Shown here: positions 10,613-19,618 of the stretch, one piece after another
Layout: each line of letters starts with the position of its first letter
Position numbering within the stretch: position 1 is the first letter of the stretch
IMG/VR virus record: IMGVR_UViG_3300007747_000008
Location: 1 to 45,827 of that record
From: a virus
Lineage: Duplodnaviria > Heunggongvirae > Uroviricota > Caudoviricetes
Strand: one strand, 5' to 3'
DNA: 45,827 nt
Position numbers and translations under genes: made by a program
The notes under the pieces: model-generated
What the model saw: the letters and a program-made list of their open reading frames with translations, nothing else
Database searches by the model: none
What the model was told of the DNA's origin: nothing

Positions 10613-11155
10613 ATGAATAAACTACAGAAAATTTTAACATCTCTCACTCCCGAATATGAATATCGAGTGAAATTTGCTATGGAACCAACAAAAGAAGATA
10701 TGGCAAAAGTAACTGCCCGTCTAACTGATCGCTATGATGCAGTTGATATTGGTCCTCTAACAAAATTAATATTCCAAGACAAACCACTAGACTTTTATGA
10801 GTTAGATTGTGGTGAAATTTGGATGTTTGATTTTACATGTAATCGTGGTGTACAAACTGAAGTACTCCGTTATGAAATTGGTAACCTTTTGAAATGGACA
10901 GAGGCATATATCAAAATTCGTAATAAGGATGAACCTTTGGAATTAGAATACGATCAAGAAGAAGAAGATATCGAATTTGATGAATACGATACAGTTCTAG
11001 GTACACCATTCGGTGAACCAGAGCCAGATGCCCAAGAGCTAGCTGGTCAAAGCCGTGCTGAAGTTGCTGTTAAAGATGCTTTAGACAATTTAGAAAAGAA
11101 AAGCAATAATTTTGCCAAGTACTTAGCTGCTGGCTACGAAGGTAAGAAGGAATAA
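10613..11155 (+). CDS. Hypothetical late protein (head-region)
   Basis: GGAG SD, late promoter upstream, acidic C-terminus. Confidence 0.7.
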   Translation: MNKLQKILTSLTPEYEYRVKFAMEPTKEDMAKVTARLTDRYDAVDIGPLTKLIFQDKPLDFYELDCGEIWMFDFTCNRGVQTEVLRYEIGNLLKWTEAYIKIRNKDEPLELEYDQEEEDIEFDEYDTVLGTPFGEPEPDAQELAGQSRAEVAVKDALDNLEKKSNNFAKYLAAGYEGKKE

Positions 11156-11158
11156 TCA

Positions 11159-11710
11159 ATGAGTATGTTGGAAGAAATGTTTGATGGTGGTGATCGCCAA
11201 AAGCTAAATGAACGTCCGTATTCAAGAACACAATCCGCAATTGACTCTGCTAAAGGTAAAGTTAAAGGTGCATTCGGTTCAGGACAAGTTGAACAAGGTG
11301 CAGCAGAAGTCGGTGCTGAAGCAAATAAGCTTTGGGTAGATTTCAAGAGATACATTGGGCGTAAATATGGTAAAGCACAACAAGTTGTTCCATATGCGGA
11401 TGTTGCAGCTTTTTTCAAAGGAAATAAATTAGACCCAAAATTCTTGGGTAATAATACACGTAGAAGTTTTTCACCAAAAGATGTAGGTCAATCCCTTCTA
11501 TCAGCAGTGCGTGAATATATGAATGAATATCGTGATGAAGAACCACAAGATACTCAAGGTCAACCACAACAAAGTGGTCAGGGACAACAAGAGCAACCTG
11601 CACAAGGTCAACCCCAGCCCCAGCCTCAACAACAAGGTGGTGGACTCGAACAAGTACTTTCATCACTTAGTTCAGCCGAGCGTGAGCAACTTCTACGTCT
11701 ATTAAGTTAA
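11159..11710 (+). CDS. Putative internal head protein with Q/P-rich linker
   Basis: AAGGA SD; MLEE and KLNE motifs; low-complexity QPQQ tract at about 11550-11640. Confidence 0.6.
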   Translation: MSMLEEMFDGGDRQKLNERPYSRTQSAIDSAKGKVKGAFGSGQVEQGAAEVGAEANKLWVDFKRYIGRKYGKAQQVVPYADVAAFFKGNKLDPKFLGNNTRRSFSPKDVGQSLLSAVREYMNEYRDEEPQDTQGQPQQSGQGQQEQPAQGQPQPQPQQQGGGLEQVLSSLSSAEREQLLRLLS

Positions 11711-11722
11711 TAGGAGATTACA

Positions 11723-12934
11723 ATGTTAAATTTTTTCGGCAACAACACGCTCGTTCCGAATGGTTATGTTTATACTTCACACACAGGATCTAAATATGTA
11801 TTTCTTGAAGGGTTATGGTTTAAAAACTCTTCTATGGGTATGGTAGATCCTAAATCTTATAATAATATGTATGTGTGTGCACAAAAACAAATTAATGAGC
11901 ACAATTCAAAATCTAAAATTAAAATTGGAGAAACTTATCTTCGTGAAGGTAAGAACCAAATTTTTATCGGTGAAGGTAGATACACTATTGATGGTTTATT
12001 AGTAGAAAGCCAATTTTCTGATTTTAAAAAAGCAGATCCAAATAAAATTGAAATACCAAATCGTTTTAAAGAAGGTGATTATACCTACAATAAAAAAGAA
12101 AAAGCTTGGTATGATCGTGGCGAAAAAGTTACTGATCTACAATTTGCTAAAGAATTAAACACCGATGCAATCAAACGTATTAATCAATATAATAGTTCAG
12201 ATGAATTCCCAGTTAATAGTACCGTAACTTATGATGGTAAAAAATTAACATGGAACGGTACTAATTGGACTGATGATTATGGTACATCGTATGGTGATAA
12301 ATTTGCAGCTAAGGTTGATGAATATATTCAAGATAATCCAGAAAGTAGTTCAAATGATTCAAGTACTGATCCAGTACAACAGGATGGTGAACAAACAAAT
12401 TCTTCGGAGAAAACTAACTCTACTGATTTGTCAACTCAGAAAATGCCAAAAGGAACTTCTTTTACTTCTAAATCTGGTATTAAATATGTGTATGATGGTA
12501 ACGGCAATTTTGTTTCTGATAAAGGAAAAGTATACCCACCAGCATTAACCGACCAAATTCTTGCTAAGTACAATGCTGAACAAGCACAAAAAGAACAAGA
12601 ATCAAAAAAACCAGAAGATGAAAAAATCAAGAATGATATTGACTCTCGGGTTGATGATACAAGTACTGCTGATCCTGAAGATAAGCATGAAGAAGAAAAA
12701 GCAGACCAAGAAAAAGCAATTGATGATAATGATGCAAAAGTTGATGATGTAGAGGAAAACGATAAAATTAAAAGTTTAGCTGATAGAATTAAAGCTAATC
12801 CTAAGTCCCGAAACATTGAAGTACTTTTGACACGAGCAGATAAATTATCACTTATGGCAGCAGACATACTTCTATCAGGAAAAGCTGATGAAGTTAAGAA
12901 GATTTTACAATCATTAAATAGTAGAGATGAGTAA
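11723..12934 (+). CDS. Putative virion protein with about five repeated small beta modules
   Basis: AGGAG SD; repeated P.G..Y....G..Y.W.G..W-like units. Confidence 0.65.
   Translation: MLNFFGNNTLVPNGYVYTSHTGSKYVFLEGLWFKNSSMGMVDPKSYNNMYVCAQKQINEHNSKSKIKIGETYLREGKNQIFIGEGRYTIDGLLVESQFSDFKKADPNKIEIPNRFKEGDYTYNKKEKAWYDRGEKVTDLQFAKELNTDAIKRINQYNSSDEFPVNSTVTYDGKKLTWNGTNWTDDYGTSYGDKFAAKVDEYIQDNPESSSNDSSTDPVQQDGEQTNSSEKTNSTDLSTQKMPKGTSFTSKSGIKYVYDGNGNFVSDKGKVYPPALTDQILAKYNAEQAQKEQESKKPEDEKIKNDIDSRVDDTSTADPEDKHEEEKADQEKAIDDNDAKVDDVEENDKIKSLADRIKANPKSRNIEVLLTRADKLSLMAADILLSGKADEVKKILQSLNSRDE
12915..12920 (+). promoter_or_regulatory. Late promoter core TAAATA
   Basis: 31 nt upstream of ATG 12952, same spacing as the other late genes. 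Confidence 0.45.
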
Positions 12935-12951
12935 TCATAAAGGATTGAATT

Positions 12952-13965
12952 ATGACTAAAAAAATTAATGAAGCATCAATCAGAATTGATGTTAATGGGT
13001 TAGAATCGGATGATTTTGAATCTATATCCCGTATGCTAGCATTGGCTGGTAAAGCAGAAACCCGTACTGGTTCAATCGGTGGGGGTGGCTTGCCACCTCT
13101 TCAACCAATGGACTTTGACAGTATTGGTGGTGATGAAACACAACCTATTATGAATCCAGAAGATGCAATGGCTCCTGAATCCCCTGCTGATGGTGCTGGT
13201 GATTTAAATTCAGCAATTGATGACCTCACTGGTTCAATGGCTGATTTTGGTGCAGATTCAGAAGAAGATGAAATGGGACTTGACATGGATGGTCAACCTA
13301 GTATAGAATCAGGTTCTGAAATGGACGGTGGTGAATTCGATGATGAAGTTAGCTTCGATGATGATACCAGTACTGAAATGGGCGATGATGATTTTAATAT
13401 GGATCAGATGGCACGTTTCGCTGGTCTAGGTGAATCACTAAATGAAGACGATTCCGCCGCCGAAGAAGTAGTAGATACTGATGAACGAGAAGATGATGAT
13501 CTTGATGATGCTGAAGAAGATTCCGCAGCAGCAATATTGGATGAAAATCAACTCCTACCAGATCTATCACTAGAAGAGAATTCAGTAGAAGGTGATGACA
13601 ATCAGCCACAGGGTCCATTTAGAACTGAGCGTGAAGCAGTTGAACATGCACAAATTCAAACGAATGGTGCCGAAGGTGATCATTTTGTAATTGTCCCGCA
13701 CAAAAATGCGTACTACTGGAAACGAACTGTTCAAGAAGAACTACAAAATGAACCAGATCCATCTTACTTTGATAATGATGGTATTGAGAATTCACGACAT
13801 AACTTCAGTCCAAAACGTAATGCGTTGGGTGATAACCCGCTTCTAAACAACGTACGTGAATCAGAAGAAGTTGATGCTGATAACGATGAAGAAGATGTAG
13901 AAAGCATTTACGAAAGTATCTCAGCACAATATGAGAAATTCCTCGGGGGTCTTAATGGCAAATAA
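12952..13965 (+). CDS. Highly acidic putative prohead core/scaffold protein
   Basis: D/E-rich, many [ILV]xE motifs (KINEA, SLNED, ILDEN, SLEEN, VRES, IYES). Confidence 0.6.
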   Translation: MTKKINEASIRIDVNGLESDDFESISRMLALAGKAETRTGSIGGGGLPPLQPMDFDSIGGDETQPIMNPEDAMAPESPADGAGDLNSAIDDLTGSMADFGADSEEDEMGLDMDGQPSIESGSEMDGGEFDDEVSFDDDTSTEMGDDDFNMDQMARFAGLGESLNEDDSAAEEVVDTDEREDDDLDDAEEDSAAAILDENQLLPDLSLEENSVEGDDNQPQGPFRTEREAVEHAQIQTNGAEGDHFVIVPHKNAYYWKRTVQEELQNEPDPSYFDNDGIENSRHNFSPKRNALGDNPLLNNVRESEEVDADNDEEDVESIYESISAQYEKFLGGLNGK

Positions 13966-14374
13966 TTACCGAGAGATTCTTGAGAGTATTGATGCTATAC
14001 TAGATGAAGAAGAACAAGAATTTGAAGAAGAAGGGACTGAAGAAGTCCTTTCTCCTAAAGATTTACTAAAAGAGATTGTCGGCTGCCTAGGACACTGTGC
14101 TGAGAAAGCATCAACCGGTGAACTTGACCAAGATGAAGATTTTTTAGAAAAATTAAAAAAAGTGCGTGACATACTAAAACAAGACGCGTATACTGATGAA
14201 CATCAACTAGACGATGAAGAAGTTGTCGAAGAAGATTCTCCTTTCCCAGAAATTCAGGGAAATGAGCACGGTACTCAGGGTATGGGTCCAAGTATAGATT
14301 CAAGCGGAAAGCAAAACTATGATAATCCAAATGGTTCATCATACGCTGCCCGTAAAGGTTTTGTGGGTCCATAA
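13955..14374 (+). CDS. Acidic putative prohead core protein
   Basis: GGGGG SD at 13945-13949 supports ATG 13955; EILES, ILDEE and VVEED motifs. Confidence 0.6.
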   Translation: MANNYREILESIDAILDEEEQEFEEEGTEEVLSPKDLLKEIVGCLGHCAEKASTGELDQDEDFLEKLKKVRDILKQDAYTDEHQLDDEEVVEEDSPFPEIQGNEHGTQGMGPSIDSSGKQNYDNPNGSSYAARKGFVGP

Positions 14375-14375
14375 A

Positions 14376-14750
14376 ATGATCCCAAAGACCAGCAGCACTG
14401 AATATCAGAATGAAGTACTGGAGAAAGTTCGAGAAGTTTATGAATCCGAATCGGAAATCACTGATCGTATGCTCCTTATGTCAATTTTTGAGAACTTCAG
14501 GACTGGTGGCGGTCTACGTCTAAGTAAGTTCGGTTTCGATATTTGTAATAGTAACGAATTGTACGAATTTATAAAGATTCCGTTAAAACGGGAAGATAGA
14601 AATTCTGTTGTTTATACATCAATGGATCGCATATGCACCAGTCCGTACTATGTCGTTGGATACGATATATACATCTCGGACATTTTGGTAGTAACGCAAC
14701 TGACGTTTTGTTGCGATGACTTCCAAAAATTATTTGCGACCTACATGTAA
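14376..14750 (+). CDS. Hypothetical protein
   Basis: ATG immediately after the upstream stop; GGLRLS..GF motif. Confidence 0.65.
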   Translation: MIPKTSSTEYQNEVLEKVREVYESESEITDRMLLMSIFENFRTGGGLRLSKFGFDICNSNELYEFIKIPLKREDRNSVVYTSMDRICTSPYYVVGYDIYISDILVVTQLTFCCDDFQKLFATYM

Positions 14751-14769
14751 AAGATTTTGAAAAAAATCT

Positions 14770-14798
14770 GGGACAGAACGAAAAACTTGTGATATAAT
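14770..14798 (+). promoter_or_regulatory. Sigma70-like promoter with variant -35 (GGGACA-N17-TATAAT, extended TGTGA-TATAAT), copy 1
   Basis: Same elements and spacing as the copies at 17779 and 36125. Confidence 0.8.
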
Positions 14799-14833
14799 AA
14801 ACGCATGTTAAGAAACAAAGTATGGAACATAAC

Positions 14834-14873
14834 AAGACACTGAAGTTAATAGTAACACAGTGTCTTTTCTTTT
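14834..14873 (+). terminator. Terminator-like hairpin in the MoxR leader (possible attenuator)
   Basis: AAGACACTG/CAGTGTCTT 9-bp stem with inner GTTA/TAAC, followed by TTCTTTT. Confidence 0.55.
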
Positions 14874-14934
14874 GCTTACGGATTGAGCTAAAACCAAAAA
14901 CTACTTTTTTTATAACCCAATGAGGAAATATCAT

Positions 14935-16263
14935 ATGAGCAACAATAATGACCTACTAAACATGACCCTATCTCCTAAGCAAACCAAAAAAGCAATGGAG
15001 TTGGCTGACCGTGTACAAGATAGTCTTATGATCTGGGGTGCACCCGGTATTGGTAAATCCGCAATCGCACTTCAGTATGCAAATGAAAAGTATCCGCTAC
15101 GCAAAGATAATATCGCAAAACTTGAGTTCATGCGTCTTCAAATTGAAGAAGAAACCGACGCAGCACAAAAAAGTCAACTAGAACGCGAGTACCGTTCGTT
15201 TGATGCAAAACTAATCGACCAAGATTCAAACTTCATCGATTTCCGTCTATCACAAATTGACCCAACTGACCTACGTGGTATTCCAGTACCAGAGAAAGTA
15301 TTCGTTGGTATGGACGGTAAGTCACTAATTGAATCTGATCTAAAAGATGTACAAGAATATATCGCAGAAACAGCAGTTGTTTGGGCAGCACCAAAAGTAC
15401 TAAAACTTTCACCAGATTGGAAAGGCGTGATTCTCTTTGATGAAATCAACTCAGCAATGCCAATTGTACAGGCAGCTTCATACCAGCTAATTCTAGACCG
15501 TTGTGTTGGTGAAATGAAACTACCTAAAAGCTGCCTAATTCTAGCAGCGGGTAACCGTGAAAATGATGGTGGTGTGACCTTTACACTAGCAACTCCACTA
15601 CGTGACCGTATGACACACGTTGAAATGGAACCAAACCATCAGGATTGGATCGATGACTACGCAATCGCTAAGCGTCTAAACCCAGCGACTGTAGCATTCA
15701 TCAACAACACTGGTAGCAAGTACTTCAACACCCTAAGCCCTAATGATCCATCCCACTCAGGTGGTACATCACCACGCTCTTGGGAACGTGTTGCACAATA
15801 TGAGAACCTAAATGATGGTTCACTAGATAAAGCAGTATATCGTGCAATGATTGCTGGTCGTGTTGGTGAAGGTGTGGCAACATCATACATTGAATACGTG
15901 GAAAATGTATCTAAGCTACCAGATACCATGAAAATTCTAAACGGTGAGATCAAAGATATTGATGAAAAACTAGATATCTCTGCAAACTACTTTATCTCTC
16001 TAAACCTAGTGTATAAGATCATTGACCTATACACCCAGAAACAAGAGAAGAAAATTGAAGTTGACGAATGGAGCCGCCTAGCGAACAACTTCATTATGTT
16101 CCTAGACAATAACTTCTCAGAGAATTACGCGGAATTGTCAGTACTATCAATTCGCACACTAACACAAGCACGTGTGCAATTGTCATACAAAGAAGTACCA
16201 GCGTTCCAAGATTTCGTTAAAAAGTACAGCGATCTAGTACGCCGTGCCCGTAGCCTAAGCTAA
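14935..16263 (+). CDS. MoxR-family AAA+ ATPase
   Basis: Walker A GAPGIGKS, DFRLSQIDPTDLRGIP, Walker B ILFDE, AAGN, PLRDRM, SPRSWE; GAGGA SD supports ATG 14935. Confidence 0.9.
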   Translation: MSNNNDLLNMTLSPKQTKKAMELADRVQDSLMIWGAPGIGKSAIALQYANEKYPLRKDNIAKLEFMRLQIEEETDAAQKSQLEREYRSFDAKLIDQDSNFIDFRLSQIDPTDLRGIPVPEKVFVGMDGKSLIESDLKDVQEYIAETAVVWAAPKVLKLSPDWKGVILFDEINSAMPIVQAASYQLILDRCVGEMKLPKSCLILAAGNRENDGGVTFTLATPLRDRMTHVEMEPNHQDWIDDYAIAKRLNPATVAFINNTGSKYFNTLSPNDPSHSGGTSPRSWERVAQYENLNDGSLDKAVYRAMIAGRVGEGVATSYIEYVENVSKLPDTMKILNGEIKDIDEKLDISANYFISLNLVYKIIDLYTQKQEKKIEVDEWSRLANNFIMFLDNNFSENYAELSVLSIRTLTQARVQLSYKEVPAFQDFVKKYSDLVRRARSLS

Positions 16264-16284
16264 GAAACACCACGAGGATGACAT

Positions 16285-17736
16285 ATGTCATCCTCTTTTA
16301 ATCCAAAGAGAGGAAATGAAATGGTCGAACGTAATAACGAAGTATCACCAGAAGTGAAAAAAGAATGTATTAACCGTATGATTCTTGCTCGTACTTCATT
16401 GATGCTCGCACATCCATTCTTCGGGGTGCTAGCTTCACGTCTACGTCCAACACCAAATAATACATGGTGTCGTACAATGGCAGTAGATGGAAAACATTTA
16501 TTCTATAACGTAGAATTCGTTATGGGGATCCAAGATGAATCTAAACGTGACGAATACGAAGCAAAACTACGTGCAGCAATTCCAGACATTACGGATGAGC
16601 AAGTTGCTAGTTCACTTAATGGTCTAACTGATGCAAACCTAATTGCTGTTATCTGTCATGAAATTCTTCACTGTGCGTACGATCACTTCCTACGTCGTGG
16701 TAACCGTGATCCACGTGCATGGAACGTGGCAGCAGACTACGCAATCAACCAAATTTTAGTTCGTGATAAAATTGGTCAAATCAGTGATAGTTGGTTGTTT
16801 GATAAAAAATATGACGGCATGACAGCCGAACAGATCTATGCCATGCTTCTCGAAGAAGCTCAACAAAAGGGTGAAGAAGAAGGCGAAGGCGATGGGGATG
16901 GAGATGGTCAAGGCCAAGGCGGTTCTGGTGAGGGCAAAGGTGAATTCCGTGGTACATTCGGGGGTGGTACGGTTGACCAACACGATATCCCAGAAGAAGG
17001 ACAAGCTAAAGACGCAGATGGTAATCCAGTAGACGAAAGTACGCGTCGTGAATACATGGAAGACTTCAAAACTGCTATGATGAACGCAGCCCGTGCAGGT
17101 AATGCACCAGCCGAAATCCAACGCATGATCAAGGATTTCCAAGAGCCTAAAATTGATTGGAGAGCAAAACTAGCTCGTACACTACGTTCTTGGATGAAAA
17201 GTGATTCATCTTTCATGACACCAAGTCGTCGTTCATGGAGTACTGGTTTTGGTAACTCAGGTTCATTCTACGGTTCACCAATCTTCCCCGGCCTAAAGCC
17301 AGATGAAGATATTGATATTGCAATTGCACTTGATGCATCTGGCTCTATCTCCGAAGTAATGTTGAAAGACTTCATCGGTGAAGTGATCGGTATTACCAAA
17401 CAGTTTAAACAGTTTAAAATTCGTATCATGACATTCGATACATCTGTTTATACTGTGCGTGATTACAAAACTGGAGACGAGAAGAAAATTCTTGAATATC
17501 CAATCCACGGTGGCGGCGGTACAGACTTCGTTGCTGTATGGGAACATATGAAAAGTGACGATTACAAACCAAAACAACTAATCATGTTTACCGATGGTGA
17601 ACCTTGGCAGTCTTGGGGTGACCCAGATTACTGTAAAACTCTTTTCGTGATTCACTCAAATCCGAAAAAAGAAGCACCATTTGGTGAAACAGTTCACTAT
17701 GAGTGGGAAGCCCAAAAGGGTAAATCTCGTAGCTAA
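16285..17736 (+). CDS. Zincin-like metallopeptidase (HExxH) fused to a vWA domain (DUF2201-type)
   Basis: TMAVDG, HEILH, WNVAADYAIN; Gly/Glu linker; MIDAS DASGS, GGGTDF, FTDG. Confidence 0.9.
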   Translation: MSSSFNPKRGNEMVERNNEVSPEVKKECINRMILARTSLMLAHPFFGVLASRLRPTPNNTWCRTMAVDGKHLFYNVEFVMGIQDESKRDEYEAKLRAAIPDITDEQVASSLNGLTDANLIAVICHEILHCAYDHFLRRGNRDPRAWNVAADYAINQILVRDKIGQISDSWLFDKKYDGMTAEQIYAMLLEEAQQKGEEEGEGDGDGDGQGQGGSGEGKGEFRGTFGGGTVDQHDIPEEGQAKDADGNPVDESTRREYMEDFKTAMMNAARAGNAPAEIQRMIKDFQEPKIDWRAKLARTLRSWMKSDSSFMTPSRRSWSTGFGNSGSFYGSPIFPGLKPDEDIDIAIALDASGSISEVMLKDFIGEVIGITKQFKQFKIRIMTFDTSVYTVRDYKTGDEKKILEYPIHGGGGTDFVAVWEHMKSDDYKPKQLIMFTDGEPWQSWGDPDYCKTLFVIHSNPKKEAPFGETVHYEWEAQKGKSRS

Positions 17737-17742
17737 CTAAAT

Positions 17743-17769
17743 AAAAGGCACAATTCGTTGTGCCTTTTT
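17743..17769 (+). terminator. Intrinsic terminator (UUCG loop)
   Basis: AAAAGGCACAA-ttcg-TTGTGCCTTTTT. Confidence 0.9.
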
Positions 17770-17778
17770 GATTTTTCT

Positions 17779-17807
17779 GGGACAAACTCAGAAAAATGTG
17801 ATATAAT
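17779..17807 (+). promoter_or_regulatory. GGGACA-N17-TATAAT promoter, copy 2
   Basis: CTGGGACA...TGTGATATAATAA directly after the terminator. Confidence 0.8.
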
Positions 17808-17847
17808 AAGATGTAAGAAAAATATAATACATGGAGTGTATAAAATT

Positions 17848-18090
17848 ATGAGTACTGAAAATCAAGAAACCGGCATCACTATTGATATCGTTGATATCAT
17901 TAACGCAGCTAAAATTATGGAACAAGCTGTTAAAAATAATGCTTTCTCAGTAGAAGAATTGGTTGAAGTTACACCAGTTGTTTCCCGTTTTATTACAGTT
18001 GCAAACCAGCTAATCGAACAGCATAATGCTAAAGTAGAAGCTGAAGAAGCGGCGGCTGAATCTCAATCAGATGAAGGTAAAGGGGAATAA
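17848..18090 (+). CDS. Hypothetical helical protein
   Basis: GGAG SD; ATG 17848 chosen because the 17758 extension crosses a terminator and a promoter. Confidence 0.75.
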   Translation: MSTENQETGITIDIVDIINAAKIMEQAVKNNAFSVEELVEVTPVVSRFITVANQLIEQHNAKVEAEEAAAESQSDEGKGE

Positions 18091-18092
18091 TT

Positions 18093-18737
18093 ATGGCTAT
18101 TACTCGTCACTGCGGTGTAGTTCGTGCAACCGGTTCACGTGTTTTTGTTGTGTGGCGTCAGCTACCAGACCAACCGGGTCATTGCTTGGTAATCTATCAG
18201 GATTCTCTACCTGAGCAGTATGCTCATACTGTATCCGAACTAGTACTAGGCCGTGGTCAATCATCCTTAGATCTATGGGATGTTATTGATAAAGTTGGTA
18301 TGCTAGATGGTCGTAAAATGCTAGATGTACTACACAACCTAAGTTATCTTCGCAAGTTATCAACTGCTGATGTTGATATGCACGTAGGTAACGGTACTAA
18401 GATTGCTCTAAACCTATTAAATGAACAGCTTGATAAACAAGATGTACATACTGATGGGAAAGTAAAAGAGTTCAATCCTTGGAATAAAGAACAAACTGAA
18501 TACCAAGAATCATCTGGTATTGTTGGTAAGTTACTTCATGATGCAGCACAATATGAACAACTTGCTAAAGAAACTTTCGAACGTGCTTATAGTTTGGAAC
18601 CTTCATTGCGTCCACAAGCTACAGTCGTTGAAGCTGACGCTAATCAGGGTATTACTATCAATATACCAACAGGTACATCTCAAACTAAAGCAATCGAAAT
18701 CCTAAAGAAAGCACTTAAAGAACAAAGTGACAAATAA
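18093..18737 (+). CDS. Hypothetical protein
   Basis: GGGGG SD; 214-aa ORF with strong phage codon bias. Confidence 0.8.
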   Translation: MAITRHCGVVRATGSRVFVVWRQLPDQPGHCLVIYQDSLPEQYAHTVSELVLGRGQSSLDLWDVIDKVGMLDGRKMLDVLHNLSYLRKLSTADVDMHVGNGTKIALNLLNEQLDKQDVHTDGKVKEFNPWNKEQTEYQESSGIVGKLLHDAAQYEQLAKETFERAYSLEPSLRPQATVVEADANQGITINIPTGTSQTKAIEILKKALKEQSDK

Positions 18738-19035
18738 AATATCTAGAGACGAAATCGTTAATATGATATTGGCTGAAAGGCAACATCAGATAGAGTCTCC
18801 AACGACTCTATCTGATACCATGAAAACTAAGAATGATTGGACTGCATTAGCAGCCTATTATCTTTTTGAATCTGCCTCCAGACCAGATAAGCATGTTACG
18901 TTTGAAGAATTTAGAGATTCTTTGATTAAAGCATCTGCTGTTCTATTAGCTGCATTAGAAACTAGCTTCTCGCTAGAAGATGAAAAATTACAAGAATTAC
19001 TTACTAAATTGGATTCAAGAGATGACAATAACTGA
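18727..19035 (+). CDS. Small helical protein, MazG-like NTP-pyrophosphatase fold (degenerate)
   Basis: AERQHQ, NDW and FRDSLIKASAVLLAALE resemble the ERxRQ...ELIQVAAVAVA pattern; acidic catalytic residues not evident. Confidence 0.45.
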   Translation: MTNKISRDEIVNMILAERQHQIESPTTLSDTMKTKNDWTALAAYYLFESASRPDKHVTFEEFRDSLIKASAVLLAALETSFSLEDEKLQELLTKLDSRDDNN

Positions 19036-19609
19036 ACTTACTGAAATTCTTTCAGGGTTCCATAATGTGTGTTATAGTGGCGGGGCAGCAGGTGCTGACC
19101 GCCTTTTTGGTTTGTGGGCTAGCCTAAATGGTCAGGATGAAATACATTTTTCATTCAAACAACACAAATATCATGTACTAGAATCTACTGTATTGGAACT
19201 ACCACAATCAATCTTGTCTGATATTTCAGTACAAGAAAAATTAAAAAAAGCAAATAAATCATTAAAACGCAAAGTACCACAGGTAGGATCATACGTATAT
19301 AATCTACTTGCCAGAAATGCATTTCAAGTAATAATTACAGACCGCGTATACTGTCTAGCTAAAATAATTGCACCTGACCAAATTGATGGTGGAACTGCGT
19401 GGGCAACACAAATGTATATTGATGCGTGTGATGAACCTGAACTGTATGTTTATAATATTTTGGATAATAAACCTTATATGTACGATATTAGTACTAAAAC
19501 ATTTATTCAAGTTGAGTCTGTACCTAAACCTCACGGTAAATGGACTGGTATAGGTTCTAGATCCGCAACTATTATAGATATGAATAGTTTTGAACATTAT
19601 TTTAGTTGA
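19022..19609 (+). CDS. SLOG-superfamily protein (circularly permuted YpsA-like)
   Basis: SGGAAGAD near the N-terminus, then ARN..QV, GGTAWA, and WTGIGSR near the C-terminus. Confidence 0.7.
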   Translation: MTITELTEILSGFHNVCYSGGAAGADRLFGLWASLNGQDEIHFSFKQHKYHVLESTVLELPQSILSDISVQEKLKKANKSLKRKVPQVGSYVYNLLARNAFQVIITDRVYCLAKIIAPDQIDGGTAWATQMYIDACDEPELYVYNILDNKPYMYDISTKTFIQVESVPKPHGKWTGIGSRSATIIDMNSFEHYFS

Positions 19610-19618
19610 GGTATTAAT

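Noticed and set aside
12273-12867. Alternative-frame and antisense ORFs inside the 403-aa gene
   Set aside because: Expected by-products of GAT/GAA/AAA-rich low-complexity coding (Met/Lys-rich shifted frames).
14569-14934. 121-aa minus-strand ORF
   Set aside because: It overlaps a plus-strand gene, promoter and leader; atypical composition and no SD.
17758-17847. N-terminal extension of the 17848 gene
   Set aside because: It spans a terminator and the promoter; the SD supports ATG 17848.
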